64,000 nucleotides of DNA from Lawsonibacter sp. (GTDB taxonomy: Bacteria > Bacillota > Clostridia > Oscillospirales > Oscillospiraceae): assembly GCA_050251755.1 (NCBI GenBank), contig JBFWME010000003.1, positions 15,821 through 79,820 of the forward strand. Reading direction: 5' to 3'. The notes beneath the pieces were generated by a model that saw nothing but the letters and a program-made list of their open reading frames with translations, made no database searches and was not told the DNA's origin. Both the position numbers and the translations under genes were made by a program. This document shows, piece by piece, positions 28,406 to 37,872 of the stretch; position 1 is the first letter of the stretch, and every line of letters starts with the position of its first letter.

Positions 28406-29190
28406 ACGAAATCTATGCATATCTGGATCATATCGCCCCCTTTGCCCTTCAGATGAGTTTTGACAATGCCGGATTTTTAGTCGGGCGGGGAACGACCCAC
28501 GTGGAGCGTGTTCTGGTGACGCTGGACATTACGGAATCGGTGGTAGAAGAAGCGGCGCTTTTGGGATGCCAGCTGATTGTGTCCCACCATCCGGTCATCT
28601 TTCATCCAGCCAAATCCATCACCGACGAAACGGTTCCCGGACGGATTTTACTGGCTTTGACCGAACAAAAAATTGCCGCTATTTGTGCCCACACCAATCT
28701 GGATGCCGCCCAGGGAGGCGTCAACTGCTGCCTGGCGCAGGCCCTTGAGTTGGAGCAGATCGGTCAGCTTCACCAGGATGGGGTGGATCCTTCCGGCCAG
28801 CCCTACGGGATAGGACGGGTGGGAAGGGCCTGCCGGCCCGGTCTGTCTGCAGCGGAATATGCTGCCTATGTCAAGGAGAAGCTAGGCGCGGCCTCCGTCC
28901 GCTATGTGGATGGCGGACGGCCGGTGGAACGAGTGGCGGTGGGCGGCGGCGCCTGCGGCTCTATGCTGTCGGATGCGGTTGCCGCCGGCTGTGATACCTT
29001 TGTCACAGCCGACCTGAAATATGACCAGTATCTGGAGGCCAGGGCCCTTGGAATCAACCTGATGGATGCAGGACACTATCCCACGGAATGTGTGGTGTGC
29101 GGACCGCTGGCTGAGCGGCTGGCGGTCCAGTTCCCGGATCTTTCGGTTACGGTTTCTTCCCGGCATAGAGAAATCTATAGCGGTGTCTAG
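28393..29190 (+). CDS. Nif3-like dinuclear metal centre protein (YqfO/YbgI)
   Basis: DNAGFLVG, LDIT, SHHPVIF, HTNLD, DAGHYPTE; GTG start overlapping trmK end. Confidence 0.93.
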   Translation: MATVNEIYAYLDHIAPFALQMSFDNAGFLVGRGTTHVERVLVTLDITESVVEEAALLGCQLIVSHHPVIFHPAKSITDETVPGRILLALTEQKIAAICAHTNLDAAQGGVNCCLAQALELEQIGQLHQDGVDPSGQPYGIGRVGRACRPGLSAAEYAAYVKEKLGAASVRYVDGGRPVERVAVGGGACGSMLSDAVAAGCDTFVTADLKYDQYLEARALGINLMDAGHYPTECVVCGPLAERLAVQFPDLSVTVSSRHREIYSGV

Positions 29191-29307
29191 ACAAGAAAAC
29201 AATCGGCAGGGTTGGGCCATGGTGCGTGTAATTCTGGTTGATTCAGACAAAAAACGGTTGATATGGGCCAAAACTGGATATTGAGAACGAAATAAGGAAA
29301 AAAGTGC

Positions 29308-29336
29308 TTGCAATCGATCAGAAGTTATGGTACACT
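29308..29336 (+). promoter_or_regulatory. sigma-A promoter of rplS
   Basis: TTGCAA, 17 bp, TACACT with TG extension. Confidence 0.7.
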
Positions 29337-29353
29337 ACTTCAGTCTGAAAACG

Positions 29354-29414
29354 GGTGGTCCTCTGCGGTAGTCCCTTCAAAAAACGAAGGGAAGATCAAA
29401 CCGACATGAACGCC
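29354..29414 (+). ncRNA. L19 ribosomal protein leader (autogenous control element)
   Basis: GGTGGTCCTCTG...ATGAACGCC resembles the Firmicute L19 leader (GATGTTCCGCTG...GAGCATC as recalled); inner stem TCCCTTC/GAAGGGA; directly upstream of rplS RBS. Confidence 0.65.
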
Positions 29415-29436
29415 TATATAACAGGAGGAAAATAAT

Positions 29437-29778
29437 ATGGATTTGATGCAGGCTTTTACCGAGAAGTACAAGAAAGCAGAGCCCCCCAAGGTTGATGTGG
29501 GCGACACCGTCCGAGTTCACCTGAAGGTGAAGGAAGGCAACCGTGAGCGTATCCAGATCTTTGAGGGAACTGTCATTGCCAAGAAGCACGGGGGCATTGA
29601 GGAAAGCTTTACCGTCCGCCGTATCTCTTACGGTGTCGGCGTGGAAAAGGTATTCCCGATTCACGCTCCCTCTATCGAGAAAATTGAGGTCGTGCGCCAC
29701 GGCAAAGTCCGCCGCGCGAAGCTGTATTACCTGCGCAACCGCGTGGGCAAGGCTGCCAAGTTGAAAGAGGCCCTGTAA
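29437..29778 (+). CDS. rplS: 50S ribosomal protein L19
   Basis: [51 protein letters not shown]. Confidence 0.99.
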   Translation: MDLMQAFTEKYKKAEPPKVDVGDTVRVHLKVKEGNRERIQIFEGTVIAKKHGGIEESFTVRRISYGVGVEKVFPIHAPSIEKIEVVRHGKVRRAKLYYLRNRVGKAAKLKEAL

Positions 29779-29782
29779 TCAC

Positions 29783-29813
29783 AAAAAGGGAGCGGTTGAT
29801 GCCGCTCCTTTTT
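29783..29813. terminator. intrinsic terminator
   Basis: AAAAAGGGAGCGG-TTGATG-CCGCTCCTTTTT. Confidence 0.85.
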
Positions 29814-29857
29814 CTATTCCGCTGGGTACAATAAATACAAAAGAGAGGAGGAGGCTC

Positions 29858-30736
29858 ATGAACATTCAATGGTATCCCGGCCACATGACCAAAACCCGCC
29901 GCCAGATCGAGGCGGACTTAAAACACGTGGACATCGTGGTGGAGATCGTGGACGCCCGAATTCCGGTGTCCAGCCGGAATCCAGATATCGACGAAATTTG
30001 TGCTGGGAAGCCCAGACTGATCGTGTTGAACCGGGCGGATCAGGCGGATCCGGCGATGAATCAGCAGTGGACGACCGAGTTAAAGGGCCGAGGCTTTACA
30101 GTGCTGGAAACGGATTCGAAAACGGGCAGCGGGGTGAACCAGTTTTCCGGGGTCATTCAATCTGCCCTAAATGAGCAGATTGCAAGATGGCGGGAAAAAG
30201 GCCTGGTGGGCCGGCCCGTCCGGGCGATGGTGGTGGGAGTGCCCAATGTGGGAAAATCCACCTTTATCAATAAAGTGGCCCGGAAAAAATCCGCCAAGGC
30301 CGGTGATCGGCCCGGCGTTACTCGGGGCAAGCAGTGGATCAACGTGGACCAGTCCCTGGATCTGCTGGATACGCCCGGCATCCTGTGGCCAAAGTTTGAT
30401 GATGAAACCATCGGAATGCACTTGGCGTTCACCGGGGCGGTAAAAGATGATATTATGGATTTGGAGACGTTGAGCTGTCACCTGTTGACCCTGCTGGCCG
30501 GTCGGTATCCCGAGGCCCTGCTCGCCGGCTATAAGCTGAAGGAGCTGCCAGGCCGGGAGACGGAAGAAAATGACGTTGCCTATGGCTATCGCCTCCTGGA
30601 ATGCTGCGCCCAGAAGCGCGGCATGCGGAGCTCCGGCGGCGCATTTGATACCGAGCGCATGGCACGGGTTTTGCTGGACGAGTACCGGGCCGGGAAGTTG
30701 GGGCGGTTTACTCTGGAGACACCCACCGGAAAATAG
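29858..30736 (+). CDS. rbgA: ribosome biogenesis GTPase RbgA/YlqF
   Basis: IQWYPGHM, DARIP.SSRNP, GVPNVGKSTFIN, LLDTPGILWPKF. Confidence 0.97.
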   Translation: MNIQWYPGHMTKTRRQIEADLKHVDIVVEIVDARIPVSSRNPDIDEICAGKPRLIVLNRADQADPAMNQQWTTELKGRGFTVLETDSKTGSGVNQFSGVIQSALNEQIARWREKGLVGRPVRAMVVGVPNVGKSTFINKVARKKSAKAGDRPGVTRGKQWINVDQSLDLLDTPGILWPKFDDETIGMHLAFTGAVKDDIMDLETLSCHLLTLLAGRYPEALLAGYKLKELPGRETEENDVAYGYRLLECCAQKRGMRSSGGAFDTERMARVLLDEYRAGKLGRFTLETPTGK

Positions 30737-30763
30737 GATGGAAATTGAAAAGGGGAGCGGCAT

Positions 30764-31369
30764 ATGGACCTGTGGCAATATGAGCGGGAGGCACTGGCTG
30801 CCGGATATGGGGTGCCCTGCGGCTGTGACGAGGCGGGGGCAGGCCCGTTGGCCGGGCCTGTGTATGCCGCTGCGGTCATTCTGCCCCTCGGGGCGGAGAT
30901 TCCGGGGCTCAACGACTCGAAAAAGCTAACCGAAAAGAAACGGGAAGCTCTGTTTCCCGTGATCCAGAACACAGCTCTGGCCTGGTCGGTGGCCTGCGTG
31001 GACGCGAAGGAAATTGACCGGACGGATATCCTCAGCGCCAGGATCAAGGCGATGCAGCTGGCTATCGACGGCCTAAACCCTCCACCCGATTTCGCCCTGG
31101 TGGACGGAAATCGGGACCGGGGACGGTGCGCCGCCATCACTACGCCTCACCGCTGCATTGTAAAGGGAGACAGCCTGTCGGCTTCTGTTGCGGCGGCCTC
31201 AGTGCTGGCCAAGGTGAGCCGGGACCGCCTTATGCTGGAGATGGCACAGAAATACCCGGAGTATGGGTTTGAGAAGCACAAGGGGTATGGGACCAAACTC
31301 CATTATGAGATGCTTCGGCTCTACGGTCCATGTCCCATTCACCGCCAGACTTTTTTGAACGCCTTATGA
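30764..31369 (+). CDS. rnhB: ribonuclease HII
   Basis: GCDEAGAGPLAGPV.AAAV, LNDSKKL, VKGDS, KHKGYGT, HRQTF. Confidence 0.95.
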   Translation: MDLWQYEREALAAGYGVPCGCDEAGAGPLAGPVYAAAVILPLGAEIPGLNDSKKLTEKKREALFPVIQNTALAWSVACVDAKEIDRTDILSARIKAMQLAIDGLNPPPDFALVDGNRDRGRCAAITTPHRCIVKGDSLSASVAAASVLAKVSRDRLMLEMAQKYPEYGFEKHKGYGTKLHYEMLRLYGPCPIHRQTFLNAL

Positions 31370-31734
31370 GCGGGCAGGAGAGCAGAGTGCTGGGGCGCTG
31401 GGGCGAGTCTTTGGCGGCGGACTATTTCCGGAAGAAGGGCGCTGTCATTGTGGGGGCCAATTGGCACTGTCGGTTTGGAGAACTTGACTTGATTGTCGCA
31501 GATGGAACGTATCTGTGTTTTGTAGAGGTGAAACTTCGAAAAAACGCCTCCTATGGGCAGGCGGGGGAGTTTGTGGACCGGCGTAAGCAGGAGAAGCTTC
31601 GGGCGGCGGCGGAATCCTATCTGGTGCAGCATCCAACCCAGCTTCAGCCGCGGTTTGATGTGGTGGAGGTCTATGCTCCACAGGGCACAGACACCAAGAC
31701 GCCAATCGTCCGCCACACGGAAAATGCCTTTTAA
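31366..31734 (+). CDS. YraN family (UPF0102) protein
   Basis: G.WGE.LAADY, NWHCRFGELDLI, FVEVK, RFDVVEV. Confidence 0.92.
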   Translation: MSGQESRVLGRWGESLAADYFRKKGAVIVGANWHCRFGELDLIVADGTYLCFVEVKLRKNASYGQAGEFVDRRKQEKLRAAAESYLVQHPTQLQPRFDVVEVYAPQGTDTKTPIVRHTENAF

Positions 31735-31770
31735 AATCGGCAGAGAACCTGCCGTTTTCCCAGCAATCGC

Positions 31771-31799
31771 TTGACCTTCTGACGGGAAACTGGCATAAT
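31771..31799 (+). promoter_or_regulatory. sigma-A promoter of thrC
   Basis: TTGACC, 17 bp, CATAAT with TG extension. Confidence 0.7.
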
Positions 31800-31849
31800 G
31801 TAGGTCAATGGAGACAATCCGTTGAACAGAAAAGATGGGAATGATTGAG

Positions 31850-33334
31850 ATGCAATATATCAGCACAAGAGATTCGGGGCTGCGCTTTACCGCCTCTCAG
31901 GCGATTACCCAGGGACTGGCCTCAGATGGCGGTCTGCTGACCCCCTATTATATCCCAAAGCTGCCCGGCAATGCGCTGAAGGACCTGAAGGACATGTCCT
32001 ATCAGCACCGGGCCGTCTATGTGATGAAACAGTTTCTGGAGGAGTTCCCGGTAAAGGAACTCACCGACTTTGCCGCCGCCGCTTACGGTCCTGCGAAATT
32101 TGATACCCCGGCTGTGGCCCCGGTTCACACATTGGACGATACCACCCACTGTCTGGAGCTGTGGCACGGGCCGACCTGTGCGTTCAAGGACATGGCCTTG
32201 CAGATGCTGCCTCACCTGCTGACTGCCTCTCTGACCAAAACGGAGGAGTTTAAGACGGCATTCATTCTGGTAGCGACCTCCGGGGATACCGGGAAGGGTG
32301 CGCTGGAGGGTTTTAAAAATGTTCCCAAGACCCGGATCCTGGTGTTCTACCCCAAAGACGGCGTTTCTGCGGTCCAGGAGCTCCAAATGGTGACCCAGGA
32401 GGGGAGCAATGTGGGTGTCTCCGCAGTATACGGAAACTTCGACGATGCTCAGACCGGTGTGAAACGCCTGTTCTCTGATGAGGAGCTAAAAAAGGAGTTG
32501 GAGCGCAGGGGCTATTTCTTCTCTTCGGCCAATTCCATCAATTGGGGCAGAGTTCTGCCTCAGATCGTTTACTATGTTTCGGCTTACTGTGACCTGCTGC
32601 GGGATGAGAAAATTCAGCCGGGGCAGAGCATCAACGTCTGTGTGCCCACCGGGAACTTTGGCAACATTCTGGCCGCATACTATGCCAGAGAGATGGGGGT
32701 GCCCATCGATCGGCTGATCTGCGCCTCGAACAGCAACAACATTCTCACCGACTTTATCCACACCGGCATCTATGACCGCAACCGCACCTTCTATAATACC
32801 ATGTCTCCCTCCATGGACATCCTGATTTCATCCAATTTGGAGCGCCTTTTGCTCTCTTTGACCCAGGATGTAAACGAGGTAAAGGACTATATGGAGCAGC
32901 TGAGTGTCTCCGGGCGGTACGAGATCCGGGATCGGGTGCGGGAAAAGATGCAAAAGCTGTTTTGGGGTTATTACTGTGATGACCGGGAGACCCAAAACGT
33001 AATTGGGGAGATCTACAAGACCCACGACTACCTGATTGATCCCCATACCGCCGTTGCGTTTTCCGCTTTGTCGCAGTACCGCAAGGAGACCGGGGACGAA
33101 ACCCCCTGCGTGGTGGTGTCTACCGCCAGCCCCTTCAAGTTCTGTGACAGCGTACTGGGCGCTTTGGGTGAAACTGAGCCCGCGCCGGGTCTGGATGCGT
33201 TGAATCAGCTGTCTCAAAAGACCGGAATGCCCGCCCCCGCGCCCCTGGCCGGTTTGCGGGACAAACAGGTCCGCTTTACCACTGCGGTGGAGAAGGATCA
33301 CATGGTGGACGCGGTGCTGTCCATGTTAGGGTGA
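31850..33334 (+). CDS. thrC: threonine synthase
   Basis: YISTR, ELWHGPTCAFKDMAL, ATSGDTG, SANSINWGR, VPTGNFGN, STASPFKF; start could be 31835, 31841 or 31850. Confidence 0.96.
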   Translation: MQYISTRDSGLRFTASQAITQGLASDGGLLTPYYIPKLPGNALKDLKDMSYQHRAVYVMKQFLEEFPVKELTDFAAAAYGPAKFDTPAVAPVHTLDDTTHCLELWHGPTCAFKDMALQMLPHLLTASLTKTEEFKTAFILVATSGDTGKGALEGFKNVPKTRILVFYPKDGVSAVQELQMVTQEGSNVGVSAVYGNFDDAQTGVKRLFSDEELKKELERRGYFFSSANSINWGRVLPQIVYYVSAYCDLLRDEKIQPGQSINVCVPTGNFGNILAAYYAREMGVPIDRLICASNSNNILTDFIHTGIYDRNRTFYNTMSPSMDILISSNLERLLLSLTQDVNEVKDYMEQLSVSGRYEIRDRVREKMQKLFWGYYCDDRETQNVIGEIYKTHDYLIDPHTAVAFSALSQYRKETGDETPCVVVSTASPFKFCDSVLGALGETEPAPGLDALNQLSQKTGMPAPAPLAGLRDKQVRFTTAVEKDHMVDAVLSMLG

Positions 33335-33338
33335 GCCG

Positions 33339-34025
33339 ATGGCCCTCTACGCGATTGGAGATACCCATTTGTCCATGAGTAGCGATAAGCCCATGGATGT
33401 GTTTGGCGGCGGCTGGACGGGGTATGTTGACAAGCTGCGCCTGGGCTTTGAGGAGATCCGGCCGGACGACACGGTGGTCCTGTGCGGGGATCTGTCGTGG
33501 GGGATGAGTCTGGCGGAGGCACGAGAGGATTTCGCCTTTTTGAATGCCCTGCCCGGGAAGAAGCTGTTGATGAAGGGGAACCATGACTACTGGTGGACCA
33601 CAGTCTCCAAGATGCAGCAGTTTTTTCAGGAGAACGGATTCACCACCTTTGAATTTCTCCACAACAACTGCCATATCTATGAGGACGTCGCTCTGTGTGG
33701 CACCCGCGGCTGGTTTTATGAGGAGGATCGGGGCGAGCACAGCGCTAAAATTTTCCACCGGGAGCTGATTCGGCTGGAAGCATCCCTGAAGGCGGGGGGA
33801 GACCGGGAGAAGTTCTGCTTTCTCCACTATCCGCCTGTGTATCAGGGCTACCGCTGCCAGGAGATCATCGACTTGCTGGAGCGATATGGGGTGACCCGAT
33901 GTTATTACGGGCATCTCCATGGCGGAAGTCACCGGCTGGCGGTGTCCGGACGGCAAGGAAGGGTGGAGTACCACCTGATTGCGGCCGATTATCTGAATTT
34001 TCGACCGAAAAAAATTCTTTCGTAA
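33339..34025 (+). CDS. calcineurin-like metallophosphoesterase
   Basis: GDTHLS, GDLSW, KGNHDYWW, LHYPP, YGHLHG. Confidence 0.92.
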   Translation: MALYAIGDTHLSMSSDKPMDVFGGGWTGYVDKLRLGFEEIRPDDTVVLCGDLSWGMSLAEAREDFAFLNALPGKKLLMKGNHDYWWTTVSKMQQFFQENGFTTFEFLHNNCHIYEDVALCGTRGWFYEEDRGEHSAKIFHRELIRLEASLKAGGDREKFCFLHYPPVYQGYRCQEIIDLLERYGVTRCYYGHLHGGSHRLAVSGRQGRVEYHLIAADYLNFRPKKILS

Positions 34026-34057
34026 GGAAAATTCACGGAAATTTTTGAAAAATACTC

Positions 34058-34086
34058 TGGTCAAACGGCAATATATCTGATAGAAT
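34058..34086 (+). promoter_or_regulatory. probable sigma-A promoter of tig operon
   Basis: TGGTCA, 17 bp, TAGAAT with TG extension. Confidence 0.55.
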
Positions 34087-34162
34087 ATCGTGGCGAAAGT
34101 AAAAAGGCGCTGTTGTTCCGCTGTCAGGAGCAGAGGTGCGCCGACAGGAGGAATCTAGACAA

Positions 34163-35539
34163 ATGAAGGTCACCAGTGTTGAAAAGAAAGAAAAAAGCAC
34201 GGTCGAGCTGACCATTCAAATTGAGGCAGAAGAGTTTGAGGCCGCCGTACAAAAGGCGTATCTGAAAAACCGCGGCAGCATCGGCGTTCCCGGCTTCCGA
34301 AAGGGCAAGGCTCCCCGAAAGATTATCGAAGGCATGTATGGCAACGGCGTATTCTACGAAGACGCCATCAATGCCGTTTATCCCGGCGCCTATGAGCAGG
34401 CCGTTCAGGAGCAGAAGCTGGACGATGTCGGCTATCCGAAGATGGAGGTGGTCGAGGTCGGCAAGGAGGGCTTTACCTTCAAGGCGCTGGTCTCGGTCCG
34501 TCCCGAGGTCAAGCTGGGCGACTATAAGGGCATTACCGCACCCAAGGCTGAGTCCAAGGTGACTGAGCAGGACATCGACGACGAGATGAAGCCCTACATC
34601 GACCGGGCCACCCGGCTGGTCAGCGTGGAGCGCGCTGCCGCCAATGGCGACACCGCGGTTATTGACTTTGAGGGCTTTGACAGCGGCGTGGCGTTTGAGG
34701 GTGGAAAGGGCGAGAACTACGAGCTGAAAATTGGCTCCGGTTCCTTTGTCCCCGGGTTTGAAGATCAGGTCATTGGCATGAAGGCCGACGAGGAGAAGGA
34801 CATCAATATCACCTTCCCGGAGGATTATCATGCTGACCTGGCCGGAAAGCCTGTGGTGTTCCATGTCAAGGTCAAGGAGATCAAGGAGCCCCAGGCGCCC
34901 GAGGTGGACGACGAGTTTGCCAAGGACGTGTCCGAGTTTGAGACGCTGGAGGCATTCCGCAAGGACTTGGAGCAAAAAGTGGCCGACCGCCGCGCCAAGC
35001 AGGCCCAGAGCGATTTTGAAAACGCCGTGATGGAGCAGCTGGTGGAGAACATGGAGTGCGAGATCCCGGACGGTATGGTAGAGGTTCAGCTGGATAAGCT
35101 GATGGACGATTATGCCATGCGCCTTCAGGGACAGGGCATTTCTATGGACGACTACATGAAGATGATGGGGATGACCCCCGATGTGATGCGCGCGTCTGCC
35201 AAGCCCTCCGCCCTGCGCCAGGTACAGATGCAGTTGGCCCTTACCGCTGTGGCCGAAGCTGAGAAGCTGGAGATTACCGACGAGGAGTATGAGGCCGAGG
35301 TGAATCGCCTGGCCGAGCAGTACAATCTTGAGCCCGAGAAGGTGAAGAGTATTGTTTCCGCCGAGGATCTGAAGAAGGATCTGAAGCTGAAGAAAGCCAG
35401 CGACCTGGTCGTCGCCGAAGCGAAGGTAGGCGAGGCCAAGGAAAAAACCGCCGAAGAGGCGGAGAAGACGGAAGCGGCCGAAGAAGAGAAACCAAAGCGA
35501 GTCCGTAAGAAAAAAGCCGAGGAGCCCAAGGCCGAGTAA
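34163..35539 (+). CDS. tig: trigger factor
   Basis: VPGFRKGKAP, FKBP domain GSGSFVPGFEDQ, charged C-terminal tail. Confidence 0.98.
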   Translation: MKVTSVEKKEKSTVELTIQIEAEEFEAAVQKAYLKNRGSIGVPGFRKGKAPRKIIEGMYGNGVFYEDAINAVYPGAYEQAVQEQKLDDVGYPKMEVVEVGKEGFTFKALVSVRPEVKLGDYKGITAPKAESKVTEQDIDDEMKPYIDRATRLVSVERAAANGDTAVIDFEGFDSGVAFEGGKGENYELKIGSGSFVPGFEDQVIGMKADEEKDINITFPEDYHADLAGKPVVFHVKVKEIKEPQAPEVDDEFAKDVSEFETLEAFRKDLEQKVADRRAKQAQSDFENAVMEQLVENMECEIPDGMVEVQLDKLMDDYAMRLQGQGISMDDYMKMMGMTPDVMRASAKPSALRQVQMQLALTAVAEAEKLEITDEEYEAEVNRLAEQYNLEPEKVKSIVSAEDLKKDLKLKKASDLVVAEAKVGEAKEKTAEEAEKTEAAEEEKPKRVRKKKAEEPKAE

Positions 35540-35550
35540 TTGCATGACGT

Positions 35551-35576
35551 CCCGGGGCGGACTCGTCCGCCCCGGG
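35551..35576. repeat. perfect GC-rich palindrome after tig
   Basis: CCCGGGGCGGAC-TC-GTCCGCCCCGGG, no U tail. Confidence 0.85.
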
Positions 35577-35577
35577 C

Positions 35578-35782
35578 GCGTCCGTATTTGAGCCGGAGGT
35601 GCATACGAGTTCTTGCGGGGTCGGAGGAATCATTTTCCGGATGGGCGGGTATACTTGGATATCGCTGTCCAAAAGAGAAATCGTGCCGCGTAAACAATCC
35701 GGTCAGAGGTAAGGTGCCCATCCGCCTGCCGACGGCCGCGCAAGGCGGAGAGGTTCGGTTCAATTTCAGCGCTTGCAGGCGC
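35578..35782 (+). ncRNA. candidate ~205-nt structured RNA, 6S (ssrS)-like
   Basis: Nested stems forming a rod: 35578-86/35774-82, 35588-97/35754-63, 35612-17/35739-44, 35620-24/35729-33, 35638-46/35716-24; G-U pairs favour + strand; 6S-like elements TTGA.CC...ATGGG...CCCA...GGTTCAA. Confidence 0.5.
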
Positions 35783-35796
35783 ATGGAGGTTTTTTT

Positions 35797-36378
35797 ATGA
35801 GTTTAGTTCCTTATGTAGTAGAGCAGACCAACCGGGGCGAGCGCTCCTATGACATCTTCTCCCGTCTGCTCAACGACCGCATTATTATGCTGTCGGAAGA
35901 GGTAAACGACACCACCGCATCTCTGGTGGTGGCCCAGCTGTTGTATCTGGAGGCCCAGGACCCGGATAAGGATATCCAGTTCTACATCAACAGCCCTGGC
36001 GGCTCTGTTACGGCTGGAATGGCCATTTATGACACCATGCAGTATGTCAAGTGCGATGTGTCTACCATCTGCATCGGCTTGGCCGCCTCGATGGGGGCGT
36101 TTCTGATGTCATCCGGAGCTAAGGGCAAGCGCTTGGCTCTGCCAAACGCTGAAATTATGATTCACCAGCCTTCTGCCGGAACGCAGGGTCAGATCACCGA
36201 TATGTCCATCCATCTGAAGCGGCTGGAGATCGTCAAAACGCGGATGAACCGTATTTTGTCTGAAAATACCGGGAAACCAATTGATGTGGTCACTGCCGAC
36301 TGTGAGCGGGACAACTTTATGACCGCCCAGGAGGCCATGGAATATGGCCTGATCGACAAGGTCATCGACCACCGCTAA
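35797..36378 (+). CDS. clpP: ATP-dependent Clp protease proteolytic subunit
   Basis: [48 protein letters not shown]. Confidence 0.98.
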   Translation: MSLVPYVVEQTNRGERSYDIFSRLLNDRIIMLSEEVNDTTASLVVAQLLYLEAQDPDKDIQFYINSPGGSVTAGMAIYDTMQYVKCDVSTICIGLAASMGAFLMSSGAKGKRLALPNAEIMIHQPSAGTQGQITDMSIHLKRLEIVKTRMNRILSENTGKPIDVVTADCERDNFMTAQEAMEYGLIDKVIDHR

Positions 36379-36461
36379 CTGCTGCTTTGAGTTGCGGGCA
36401 GGGGAGCAGTCCAATCTCCTGCCGACCCATTTCAGAATAGGACTTTTTAAGAGGTGTATCC

Positions 36462-37778
36462 ATGGCTCGAAATGATGAGAAGAAAAATATCCGCTGCTCG
36501 TTCTGCGGAAAGCACCAGGATCAGGTACGGCGGATCATCGCCGGTCCCGGGGCTTATATCTGCAACGAATGTGTGCAGCTGTGTATGGGCATCCTGGACG
36601 ACGGGTATGACCCCGCTGATACTGCCGTTGACAGCAACATCCCCGATGTAATTCCAACCCCGATGGAAATCCATACCGTTTTGGATCAGTATATCATCGG
36701 CCAGGAACGAGCCAAGGTTGCGCTGTCTGTGGCTGTGTATAACCACTATAAGCGCATCTACTTCGGGGGCGCAGAGGACGTGGAGCTGCAAAAGAGCAAC
36801 ATTTTGCTCATGGGTCCCACCGGCTGCGGCAAGACGCTGTTTGCCCAGACATTGGCAAGGGTACTGAAGGTACCCTTTGCCATTGCAGATGCTACCACCC
36901 TGACCGAGGCTGGCTATGTGGGCGACGACGTGGAAAACATTTTGCTGCGTCTGGTCCAGGCCGCGGATTATGATATTGAGCTGGCCGAGCGCGGCATTAT
37001 TTACATCGATGAGATGGATAAGATCGCCCGAAAAAGCGAAAATACATCCATTACCAGAGATGTGTCCGGCGAGGGCGTGCAGCAGGCGCTGCTGAAGATT
37101 CTGGAGGGCACTGTGGCCAACGTCCCCCCTCAGGGCGGACGAAAGCATCCCCACCAGGAGTTTATTCAGATTGACACCAAAAATATTTTGTTTATCTGCG
37201 GCGGTGCGTTCGACGGAATCGACAAAATCATTGAAAACCGTCTGGACAAACGGTCGATGGGCTTCGGGGCTCAGATTCAAAGCAAAAAAGAGCGGGATGT
37301 GGGTAGCCTGATGGCGGAAATTCAGCCTCAGGATTTATTGAAATTCGGCATCATTCCCGAACTGGTGGGACGCCTGCCTGTCATTACGACGTTGGAGTCC
37401 CTGAACCGGGACCAGATGGTTCAAATTTTGACCGAGCCCAAAAATGCACTGGTGAAGCAGTATCAAAAACTGCTGGAGTATGACCAGGTGGAATTGGAGT
37501 TTGGCCGCGACGCGTTGGAGGCGGTGGCTGACCGGGCGGTGGCCAGAGGCATCGGGGCCCGTGGCCTGCGAGCGGTGTTGGAAGAGGTTATGACCCGGGT
37601 CATGTACGACGTGCCCTCCGACCCAACCATCGTGAAGGTGTCGATCCATGCCTCCAGCGTCACAGACGGTGTGGAGCCGGAGCTGATCCGGGACCCAGAC
37701 CGAAAGCAGAGACCCAAATTGGGTAAGGCCACGCTGCATGCCGAGCGAGGCGGGCTCCCTGGTACCAACGTAGGCTGA
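36462..37778 (+). CDS. clpX: ATP-dependent Clp protease ATP-binding subunit
   Basis: Zn-binding CSFCGK...[24 protein letters not shown]-like [13 protein letters not shown]. Confidence 0.98.
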   Translation: MARNDEKKNIRCSFCGKHQDQVRRIIAGPGAYICNECVQLCMGILDDGYDPADTAVDSNIPDVIPTPMEIHTVLDQYIIGQERAKVALSVAVYNHYKRIYFGGAEDVELQKSNILLMGPTGCGKTLFAQTLARVLKVPFAIADATTLTEAGYVGDDVENILLRLVQAADYDIELAERGIIYIDEMDKIARKSENTSITRDVSGEGVQQALLKILEGTVANVPPQGGRKHPHQEFIQIDTKNILFICGGAFDGIDKIIENRLDKRSMGFGAQIQSKKERDVGSLMAEIQPQDLLKFGIIPELVGRLPVITTLESLNRDQMVQILTEPKNALVKQYQKLLEYDQVELEFGRDALEAVADRAVARGIGARGLRAVLEEVMTRVMYDVPSDPTIVKVSIHASSVTDGVEPELIRDPDRKQRPKLGKATLHAERGGLPGTNVG

Positions 37779-37800
37779 TCAATAAAAATGAAAGAAAACA

Positions 37801-37843
37801 ACGCCCCGCGGTGCCCCCGGAACGGCGGGCCGCGGGGTGTTTT
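37801..37843 (+). terminator. hairpin between clpX and lon
   Basis: ACGCCCCGCGG / CCGCGGGGTGT stem, then TTT. Confidence 0.55.
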
Positions 37844-37872
37844 GCCGTTACCCCGAAAGGAAGTGAATTTTT

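Noticed and set aside
31735-31849. T-box or lysine/SAM riboswitch before thrC
   Set aside because: The promoter lies only about 45 nt upstream of the start; no T-box or terminator motif
34059-34065. CtsR half-site GGTCAAA upstream of tig-clpP
   Set aside because: The second heptad of the direct repeat is missing; no CIRCE element seen either
35588-35760. tig-clpP spacer as SAM-I riboswitch or group II intron domain V remnant
   Set aside because: Lacks the SAM-I GGAGGGA-GGCCC core and expression platform; similarity to domain V (GAGCCG...GTTC) lacks the GNRA-capped stem; the end-to-end rod explains the sequence better
35540-35800. 86-aa ORF spanning the tig-clpP spacer
   Set aside because: No RBS, composition typical of non-coding GC-rich sequence, coincides with the RNA structure
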